DNA of 64,000 nt from an uncultured Selenomonadales bacterium (lineage in GTDB: Bacteria; Bacillota; Negativicutes; Acidaminococcales; Acidaminococcaceae): NCBI GenBank assembly GCA_900315345.1, contig OMYP01000004.1:33922-97921 (forward strand), given 5' to 3'. The position numbers and the translations under genes are program-made. Below are positions 57,256 to 64,000 of the stretch, piece after piece; position 1 is the first letter of the stretch; every line of letters begins with the position of its first letter. Below the pieces are notes generated by a model. The model was given only the letters and a program-made list of their open reading frames with translations. It was not told the origin of the DNA and ran no database searches.

Positions 57256-57359
57256 ACCTTTAAAACGGTCCTGTGAGACTGTAAGGTGACTTAGTTAAGT
57301 ATTATGGAAGATGATAAGCCTTCTTGCATCCTGCGGGACAAGAAGGCTTTTATTTTTTT
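57256..57359 (+). ncRNA. PyrR-binding attenuator (binding loop and terminator)
   Basis: ccTTTAAaacgGTCCTGTGAGACtgtaagg matches the PyrR binding loop. Terminator aagccttcttg...caagaaggctttt. Confidence 0.88.
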
Positions 57360-57379
57360 AGTTAACAGGAGGAACAACC

Positions 57380-58339
57380 ATGGCAAAAGCACCCGTGTCT
57401 CTGGCTGGCAGAGACATCCTCGACCTGGAGAGCTTCAGCGTCGAGGAGTACAACCTGGTTCTGCAGACCGCTGCGGAAATGAAAAAGATTATGAAGCGTG
57501 ATATTAAAAAGGTGCCTTCCCTGCGGGGCAAGTCCATCATCAACCTATTTTATGAGCCCAGCACCCGTACCCGTACTTCCTTTGAGCTGGCTGGCAAATA
57601 TCTGGGCGCCGATGTGGTAAACATTACTACTTCTACTTCCAGCGTGGTGAAGGGCGAGTGCCTGCGGGACACCATCCTCACTGTCCAGTCCATGTGCTGT
57701 GATGCCATCGTTATGCGCCATCCTATTGAAGGGGCTGCGGTGTATGCGGCTAATGTTGCCAAACCGGTAATCATCAACGCCGGTGACGGGGCTCATGCCC
57801 ATCCCTCCCAGGGCCTTCTGGACATGTTCACCCTGCGGGAGCACGGACTGAAAGATTTAAAAGGAAAGAAAATGGTCATTCTGGGGGATATCCTGTACAG
57901 CCGGGTGGCCCGGACCAATATTGCGGCCTGGAATAAAATGGGAGCCGACGTCCATGTGGCGGGACCCCGTCCTCTGATGCCCTATGCAATCGAGAGCCTG
58001 GGGGTAACTTATCATAAACGGATCGAAGAAGCTATTGAAGGGGCGGATGTGATCGACGTACTCCGGATCCAGCTGGAACGGCAGAAGAGCGGCCTGTTCC
58101 CGTCTCCCCGTGAATACGCCCGCATCTTCGGGCTGAACGAAGCCCGGCTGAAGCTGGCAAAACCCGATTGCGTAGTGCTCCATCCCGGTCCTATGAACCG
58201 GGGCCTGGAAATTTCCTGGGACGTAGGTTACTGCGACCAGGCTGCGATCCGGGACGAAGTACAGAACGGCGTGGCAGTGCGTATGGCCTTATTATTCCTG
58301 ACACTGACTGGAGGTAAACAAATTGAAGCTGCTAATTAA
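57380..58339 (+). CDS. pyrB: Aspartate carbamoyltransferase catalytic subunit
   Basis: FYEPSTRTRTSF, INAGDG..AHPSQ, LRIQLER and HPGPMNRG. Confidence 0.97.
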   Translation: MAKAPVSLAGRDILDLESFSVEEYNLVLQTAAEMKKIMKRDIKKVPSLRGKSIINLFYEPSTRTRTSFELAGKYLGADVVNITTSTSSVVKGECLRDTILTVQSMCCDAIVMRHPIEGAAVYAANVAKPVIINAGDGAHAHPSQGLLDMFTLREHGLKDLKGKKMVILGDILYSRVARTNIAAWNKMGADVHVAGPRPLMPYAIESLGVTYHKRIEEAIEGADVIDVLRIQLERQKSGLFPSPREYARIFGLNEARLKLAKPDCVVLHPGPMNRGLEISWDVGYCDQAAIRDEVQNGVAVRMALLFLTLTGGKQIEAAN

Positions 58340-59615
58340 AAACGGACGGGTGGTAGACCCCTCTCAGAAACTGGATGCGATCTGCGATGTGCTGGCAGAA
58401 GACGGAAAGATCGTAAAAATCGGGAAGAATATTACAGAAACGGCCGATGAGACCTATGATGCTACGGGAAAAGTGGTAGCTCCCGGCTTCATCGATATGC
58501 ATACCCATCTGCGGGAACCGGGCCTGGAAGCCAAGGAAAGCATCCGCACCGGCACCATGGCAGCAGCGGCCGGCGGTATTACCACCATCGCCTGCATGCC
58601 CAATACGAAACCGGCCATCTCCACTTCCATTGTGGTAAGCGGTATCAAGGAACGGGCTGCCCGGGAAGGCTATGTGAATGTGGAAGTGATCGGCTCCATC
58701 AGCAAGGACGAAGAAGGAAAAGAGCTGGCTGAAATGGGGGACATGCTGGAAAAAGGCGCCGTTGCCTTTTCCGATGACGGCCATTATGTAGGAAGCAGCC
58801 GCCTTTTGATGAATGCGGCAAAATATATCACCAGCTTTGACGCGCCCCTGGTATCCCACAGCATTGAAAGCGAACTGAACGCGGACGGCTATATGCATGA
58901 AGGGGCTGTTTCCGCAAAAATCGGCGTACCCGGTGTGCCTTCCGTTGCGGAAGACATTGCGGTAGCCCGGGATGTGCTGGTAGCCGGTTACACCGGGGCC
59001 CACATCCATATTGCACACGTGGCCAGCAAAGGCGCGGCGGACATCATCCGCCAGGCTAAGGCCAAAGGCTATCCCGTTACGGCAGAGGTTACGGTCCATC
59101 ACCTGACCCTCACCGACGAAGCCTGCATGGGCTACAGCACGGCGACAAGGGTTTCCCCGCCCCTCCGGAGCCGGGACCATGTGGACGCCATGCGGGAAGC
59201 GCTGTTAGACGGTACCATTGACATCATCGTTACGGACCATGCGCCCCACGCCCCGGAAGAAAAGGACGTAGAGTTCCGCAAGGCTCCCAACGGCTTCTGC
59301 GGACTGGAAACTTCCGTAGGCGTTGTACTGACGGACCTGTACCATGAGGGCGTGCTGACCCTGGACCAGGTCATCGACAAGATGAGCTGCAGGCCGGCGG
59401 AGATCTTCAAACTGAAAGGCGGCAAGCTGGCAGAAGGAGCCCCTGCCGATATCACCATCCTGGATCTGGACAAAGAGTGGACTGTAGATTCTGACAAGTT
59501 CTACACCGTTGGCAAGGTAACGCCCTTCGAGGGGAAGAAATGTAAAGGCAAGGCAGTAGCCACTGTAGTAGCGGGCAAGATCGTCATGAAAGACGGGGAA
59601 CTCTGCGGGAAATAA
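58323..59615 (+). CDS. pyrC: Dihydroorotase
   Basis: IDMHTHLREPG, MPNTKP, HIAHV, V.PPLR and TDHAPH. Confidence 0.95.
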   Translation: MKLLIKNGRVVDPSQKLDAICDVLAEDGKIVKIGKNITETADETYDATGKVVAPGFIDMHTHLREPGLEAKESIRTGTMAAAAGGITTIACMPNTKPAISTSIVVSGIKERAAREGYVNVEVIGSISKDEEGKELAEMGDMLEKGAVAFSDDGHYVGSSRLLMNAAKYITSFDAPLVSHSIESELNADGYMHEGAVSAKIGVPGVPSVAEDIAVARDVLVAGYTGAHIHIAHVASKGAADIIRQAKAKGYPVTAEVTVHHLTLTDEACMGYSTATRVSPPLRSRDHVDAMREALLDGTIDIIVTDHAPHAPEEKDVEFRKAPNGFCGLETSVGVVLTDLYHEGVLTLDQVIDKMSCRPAEIFKLKGGKLAEGAPADITILDLDKEWTVDSDKFYTVGKVTPFEGKKCKGKAVATVVAGKIVMKDGELCGK

Positions 59616-59720
59616 TGAAAAGCGCACCGGCCTGACGGCGGAATTGTTGCTAAAGGAAAACGGCGCCCCAGGCGGTGCATTTACTATAATGAAAACCGGA
59701 AACTGCCCGGAGGATTTGGA

Positions 59721-60494
59721 ATGACGAAATATATCGAAGAAGCAAAGGTTGTGGGGCAGTGGATCCTGAATACCGCAACCAAGGAGATTGACCTGATCGC
59801 ACCCCGGATCGCGGCGGAGGCCGTGCCGGGACAGTTTGTGAACGTGCAGGTCTCAAGGCATACGGCGCCCCTGCTGCGCCGTCCTCTCGGCATTGCCAGA
59901 GTGGACAGGGAGCACGGGGTGATTTCGCTGATTTACCGTGTCATCGGGGAAGCAACCCGAATACTGGCTGACGTGTGCAGCGGTGATGTGCTGAGCGTCG
60001 TAGGGCCGTTAGGCAACGGCTTTGACCGCAGCGCCAGAAAACCGCTGCTGGTAGGAGGCGGAACCGGTCTGGCCCCCCTGCTGAACCTGGCGGAAGCATT
60101 TAAGGCAGAGGGAATCGTTCCCCATGTGCTCATGGGAGGGCGGACAGAAGAAGAACTGTTCTGGAAAGACTTATATGAAGGCATTGCAGGTTCCATTGCC
60201 CTGACCACCGACGACGGAACACTGGGAACCAAAGGTACCGTCATGGCTCTCTTGCCGGATATGCTGCGAGATGGCGGTTATGACTGCGTCTACGTCTGCG
60301 GTCCTGCTCCCATGATGAAGGCGGTTTCCGCTGCAGTACTGGAACAGAAGATCAAATGCCAGGTATCCCTGGAAAAATATATGGCCTGCGGACTGGGAGC
60401 CTGTCTTTCCTGCAGCTGCCAGGGCATCGGGAAACGTATCAAGGTCTGCAAGGACGGCCCCGTGTTCCGGGCAGAGGAGGTAGCGGAATGGTAA
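59721..60494 (+). CDS. pyrK: Dihydroorotate dehydrogenase electron-transfer subunit
   Basis: PGQFV, LLRRP, GPLGNGF, VGGGTG, CGPAPMM and MACGLGACLSC...C ([2Fe-2S]). Confidence 0.93.
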   Translation: MTKYIEEAKVVGQWILNTATKEIDLIAPRIAAEAVPGQFVNVQVSRHTAPLLRRPLGIARVDREHGVISLIYRVIGEATRILADVCSGDVLSVVGPLGNGFDRSARKPLLVGGGTGLAPLLNLAEAFKAEGIVPHVLMGGRTEEELFWKDLYEGIAGSIALTTDDGTLGTKGTVMALLPDMLRDGGYDCVYVCGPAPMMKAVSAAVLEQKIKCQVSLEKYMACGLGACLSCSCQGIGKRIKVCKDGPVFRAEEVAEW

Positions 60495-61423
60495 GGTATC
60501 TGTATCATAACAGGCTGGCCACAGAGATTGCCGGCCTGAAAATGAAAACCCCGGTGACTACCGCTTCCGGCACCTTCGGCTTTGGCCTGGAATTTACGGA
60601 TTTCCTGGATCTGGAGAAAGTGGGGGCCATCACGGTAAAAGGCACCACGCTGGAGCCCCGGGCCGGAAACAAAGGACAGCGGGTAGTGGAGACGCCCTCC
60701 GGCATGCTGAACTGCGTAGGGCTGGAAAACCCGGGCAGCGATTTCTTTTTGAAAGAGACCCTGCCGAAGCTTCGTAAATATAAAGTACCTGTTATTGTCA
60801 ACATCGACGCTTCTTCCCCGGAAGAATACGGGGAACTGGCGGCGAAGCTTGACGTGAAAGGGGTAGACGCCGTAGAGATCAACGTAAGCTGCCCCAATAT
60901 TAAAGACGGGGGACTGGTATTCGGGACCAATGCCAGAAGCATGGCCCAAGTGGTGAAAGAGGTAAAAAAGAACACGTCCAAAGTGGTGATTACCAAGCTT
61001 TCCCCCAATGTGACCAGCATTACGGAAATGGCAAAGGCTGCGGAAGACGCCGGAACCGACGCCCTTTCCCTGATCAATACCCTCATCGGCATGAAGATCG
61101 ATATCCACCGGCAGCGCCCTGTGTTGGGAAACGTGACCGGTGGCCTCAGCGGTCCCTGTATCCGTCCCGTGGCGGTGCGGATGTGTTATGAAGTGGCCCA
61201 GGCGGTAAAGGTTCCCATCATCGGTATGGGGGGCATTATGAGCGCGGAAGATGCCGTGGAGTTCTTCCTGGCCGGCGCCAGCGCTATTGCGGTAGGAACT
61301 GCCAATTTCGTGGATCCGGCTATTGCGGAGACCATCAGCCTTGGGATTCTGGAATACATGGACCGGCATAACATTAAAAAACTGAAAGATATGATCGGCC
61401 TGGCCCTGCCGGGACGCGGCTGA
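60488..61423 (+). CDS. pyrD: Dihydroorotate dehydrogenase (NAD+), catalytic subunit, class 1B
   Basis: TASGTFG, KGTT, NCVGLENPG, NVSCPN, KLSPN and GGLSGP. Confidence 0.95.
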   Translation: MVRYLYHNRLATEIAGLKMKTPVTTASGTFGFGLEFTDFLDLEKVGAITVKGTTLEPRAGNKGQRVVETPSGMLNCVGLENPGSDFFLKETLPKLRKYKVPVIVNIDASSPEEYGELAAKLDVKGVDAVEINVSCPNIKDGGLVFGTNARSMAQVVKEVKKNTSKVVITKLSPNVTSITEMAKAAEDAGTDALSLINTLIGMKIDIHRQRPVLGNVTGGLSGPCIRPVAVRMCYEVAQAVKVPIIGMGGIMSAEDAVEFFLAGASAIAVGTANFVDPAIAETISLGILEYMDRHNIKKLKDMIGLALPGRG

Positions 61424-61505
61424 GAAACGGCGGCAGGATAAAGCAGACTGCGCCGGATATGATAAAGATCGAATGCAATTCACAGGAATTGAGGTGGCAA
61501 AAAAT

Positions 61506-62225
61506 ATGCAAAGCGATCCGAGGCTGATTGCCGCCCTGGATTTCCCCACAGTAGAAGCGGCAAAGAAGGCTGTGGAAGAAATCGGCGATGCGGTAGCCTA
61601 TTATAAAGTTGGCATGGAGCTCTACTATGCGGCAGGAAACGACATGATCCGTTTCCTGAAAGAGCATGACAAAAAAGTGTTCCTTGACCTGAAGCTGCAG
61701 GACATACCCAATACGGTAGCCAGCGCCCTGAAAGTAGAGGCAAGGCTGGGAGTGGATATGATCAACGTCCATGCGGTAGGCGGCAAAAAAATGATGGAAG
61801 CCGCGGCAAAAGCAGTGAAGGAAACTGCGGAAGAACTGGGCGTGGAACGGCCAAAGCTGATTGCGGTCACGATCCTGACCAGTATGGACGAAGAACAATT
61901 TGCAGATCTGAATTATAAAAACACTATTCCGGAACAGGTGGTGGCCCTGGCAAAGCTTGCGAAAGCAGCAGGACTGGACGGGGTCGTAGCTTCTCCCAAA
62001 GAAGCGGCGGCGATTCGCGAGGCCTGTGGCCCGGACTTTCTGATCGTGACCCCCGGTGTACGTCCGGCTGGCAGCGCCCTGGATGACCAGAGCCGCGTCA
62101 CCACGCCGGCACAGGCTTTCGCCAACGGCTCTACCCATATTGTAGTGGGGCGTCCCATCATGAAGGCGGAAAACCGGAAACAGGCTGCGGAAGCCATTGT
62201 GGAAGAAATTAAAACCATTTGTTGA
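61506..62225 (+). CDS. pyrF: Orotidine-5'-phosphate decarboxylase
   Basis: ALD, KVG, DLKLQDIPNT, VTILTS, VTPGVR and VVGRPI. Confidence 0.96.
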   Translation: MQSDPRLIAALDFPTVEAAKKAVEEIGDAVAYYKVGMELYYAAGNDMIRFLKEHDKKVFLDLKLQDIPNTVASALKVEARLGVDMINVHAVGGKKMMEAAAKAVKETAEELGVERPKLIAVTILTSMDEEQFADLNYKNTIPEQVVALAKLAKAAGLDGVVASPKEAAAIREACGPDFLIVTPGVRPAGSALDDQSRVTTPAQAFANGSTHIVVGRPIMKAENRKQAAEAIVEEIKTIC

Positions 62226-62244
62226 TGTTGGAGGAGGCGCTTTT

Positions 62245-62838
62245 ATGTTAAGCGAAAAAGAAGTACTGCATCTTTTGGAAGAGACCCAGGCCGTGCTGCA
62301 TGGTCATTTCCTTCTGACCAGCGGTCTGCACAGCCCTATGTATGTAGAAAAATTTAATGTGCTGCAGCATCCCGAATACACGGAAAAACTGTGTAAGGAA
62401 ATCGCTGCACGCTATGCCGGCGACAATATTGAACTGGTAGTGGGACCTACAACCGGCGGCATCCTGCTGGCCCATGAAACCGGCAAAGCCCTGGGTACCA
62501 GAGCGATCTTTACTGAACGGGAAAACGGGAAGATGACCCTGAAGCGGGGCTTCCAGATTCCGGAAGGCTGCCGTGTGTTGGTGGTAGAAGATATTGTGAC
62601 CACCGGCGGCAGTGTGAAAGAAGTGATGGAGGTCGTTCGTGAGCACGGCGGCAATGTGATCGGCGTAGGCCTTTTAGTAGACCGCAGCGGCGGCAAGGTG
62701 GATTTCGGCGTACGGACGGAAGCGCTGCTTCATCTGGACGTGCCTACCTTTAAACCGGAGGACTGCCCCCTGTGCCATGACGGGGTGGAACTGACCAAAC
62801 GGGGAAGCACCGGTAAAAACAATCCGGTGAAAAAGTAA
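62245..62838 (+). CDS. pyrE: Orotate phosphoribosyltransferase
   Basis: GHFLLTSGLHS, GPTTGG, VVEDIVTTGGS and VDRSGG. Confidence 0.95.
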   Translation: MLSEKEVLHLLEETQAVLHGHFLLTSGLHSPMYVEKFNVLQHPEYTEKLCKEIAARYAGDNIELVVGPTTGGILLAHETGKALGTRAIFTERENGKMTLKRGFQIPEGCRVLVVEDIVTTGGSVKEVMEVVREHGGNVIGVGLLVDRSGGKVDFGVRTEALLHLDVPTFKPEDCPLCHDGVELTKRGSTGKNNPVKK

Positions 62839-62850
62839 AGCAAAAAAGAC

Positions 62851-62879
62851 TTGCGCAAATGACGCATCTATGATATAAT
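62851..62879 (+). promoter_or_regulatory. Sigma-A promoter of the tRNA cluster
   Basis: TTGCGC-17 bp-TATAAT. Confidence 0.75.
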
Positions 62880-62906
62880 TCTAAAACGTCAGGTGAACTG
62901 ACAAAC

Positions 62907-62983
62907 GGCCCGGTGGTTCAGTTGGTTAGAATGCCGCCCTGTCACGGCGGAGGTCACGAGTTCGAGTCTCGTCCGGGTCGCCA
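62907..62983 (+). tRNA. tRNA-Asp (GTC)
   Basis: Canonical cloverleaf, anticodon arm ccgcc-ctGTCac-ggcgg, CCA end. Confidence 0.96.
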
Positions 62984-62984
62984 T

Positions 62985-63060
62985 GCGGAAATAGCTCAGT
63001 TGGTAGAGCACAACCTTGCCAAGGTTGGGGTCGCGAGTTCGAGTCTCGTTTTCCGCTCCA
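62985..63060 (+). tRNA. tRNA-Gly (GCC)
   Basis: Anticodon arm caacc-ttGCCaa-ggttg, CCA end. Confidence 0.96.
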
Positions 63061-63061
63061 C

Positions 63062-63137
<76 letters not shown>

Positions 63138-63253
63138 TAAAAACAACCCCGGAAGCCAGTAAAAAAGCGGTTTCCGGGGATTTTATTTTCACGTTGCTCA
63201 CTTTAGCTTATGAAAGAGAAAACGCCCGAAAATGACACAATTTCCACCAAAAC

Positions 63254-63589
63254 AAGGCAAACTTAAGGCAAACAAGTCCGCACTAAAAACCGCATAAATC
63301 CTGCATTTTTGAAAATCGCAAATTTCAAAACAAGGCAAACTGGAAAACAGCCTCTGTATAAAAGTAAAATTTCCCTGTCAGACTTCCATATAAGCTCAGG
63401 GAGACACGTTTAGTGTCTGGCTAATATAAACCCTTATCTCACCTTTTAAAAACGCGCCTACGGGCTTTTTACGCGTTTGTTATTTTCAGGAGTCTGGAAA
63501 GATAATTAATTTCACTATCTTTACAATGCTTTTGATGAATAATCTGGATGAAAATCCGGATAGTTTTTAAGGCAAACTTAAGGCAAACA
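63254..63589 (+). repeat. Five direct copies of AAGGCAAAC, including two identical 21-bp doublets (possible integrase arm-type sites)
   Basis: Copies at 63254, 63265, 63332, 63569 and 63580. The 21-mer aaggcaaacttaaggcaaaca occurs at 63254 and 63569. Confidence 0.8.
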
Positions 63590-63602
63590 GGAAGGGACCA
63601 GT

Positions 63603-63974
63603 ATGACGCGCAAAGAATTAGATAATTACCTCCGGATGATTCAACTGCTGCATGAGGCGAAAGAGCTGCAGCGAATCACGATGGCCAAAGCGGAAGAGTC
63701 AAAAGCCGATGTTAAACTTTCCACGGCTCTAAAAGAGGCCATGGACGATATTAATCAGAGTGTCGCGAAATATGAAAAGCAAATGACAGAAACATATCCG
63801 GATGTTGTGGCCTTTATCAGCACCGTAACAACTCCACGCGTCAGGCATATTATGCGGCTCCGGTATCTGTATGGTCTGGCATGGTGTGAGATTCCGGAAC
63901 TTGTTGGCCATGGAGTAACAGAAGCCGGCTGCAAGGACGCGTGTTATACTTACCTGAGAGCACATTGCTCTTAA
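63603..63974 (+). CDS. Phage-type transcriptional regulator (ArpU/RinA/DUF1492-like, C-terminal sigma-region-4-like HTH)
   Basis: Coiled-coil N-terminus, then R.IMRLRY..GL.W.EI..LVG.G.TE. SD gaagg. Lies downstream of tRNA-Trp. Confidence 0.6.
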   Translation: MTRKELDNYLRMIQLLHEAKELQRITMAKAEESKADVKLSTALKEAMDDINQSVAKYEKQMTETYPDVVAFISTVTTPRVRHIMRLRYLYGLAWCEIPELVGHGVTEAGCKDACYTYLRAHCS

Positions 63975-64000
63975 CGTGATAAGTCGCTTTTAGCGCGTCG

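Noticed and set aside
417-62696. Many long antisense or alternate-frame ORFs in the supplied track (e.g. 4147-5169, 14625-15563, 33687-34817, 41989-43065, 48575-49663, 60290-61549)
   Set aside because: They overlap well-supported genes on the other strand or frame, lack motifs and RBSs, and are expected shadows in GC-rich coding DNA.
63254-63589. CRISPR array
   Set aside because: The repeats are 9-21 bp, irregularly spaced, not palindromic, and no cas genes are present.

Overview
A chromosomal window from an anaerobic Firmicute, probably Negativicutes (inferred from gene content and protein style). From left to right it carries: dapL (5'-truncated), glmS-glnN, carAB, a EutW/PdtaS-type histidine kinase with a REC-ANTAR response regulator, HU, a glyoxalase/alpha-hydroxy-acid oxidase pair, a LysR redox module, a Met T-box with metA-metY-cysK, an atypical tRNA-Cys followed by a C39-like peptidase and mnmA, metQ, an AT-richer S-(2-succino)cysteine-type catabolic/ABC island, purF, an AmtB-PII fusion, sufCBDSU, yhdT-panF, an M20 peptidase with dnaE, znuACB, a lipoprotein, a CGGC protein, etfB-ferredoxin-etfA, a PyrR-attenuated pyrBCKDFE operon, tRNA-Asp/Gly/Trp and the edge of a phage-like element. 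The top candidates for new biology are three. (1) An ANTAR antitermination regulon for nitrogen/glutamine genes: four leaders (glmS-glnN, carAB, the kinase itself, amtB-PII) each have an A1..G4 hexaloop hairpin overlapping the 5' arm of an intrinsic terminator. (2) A tRNA-Cys(GCA) with intact aminoacylation identity but broken ribosome/EF-Tu-facing elements, inside a cysK-tRNA-C39-mnmA locus. (3) A riboswitch-like attenuator of unrecognised family upstream of yhdT-panF. All RNA structures were read by eye; no folding or database searches were run.
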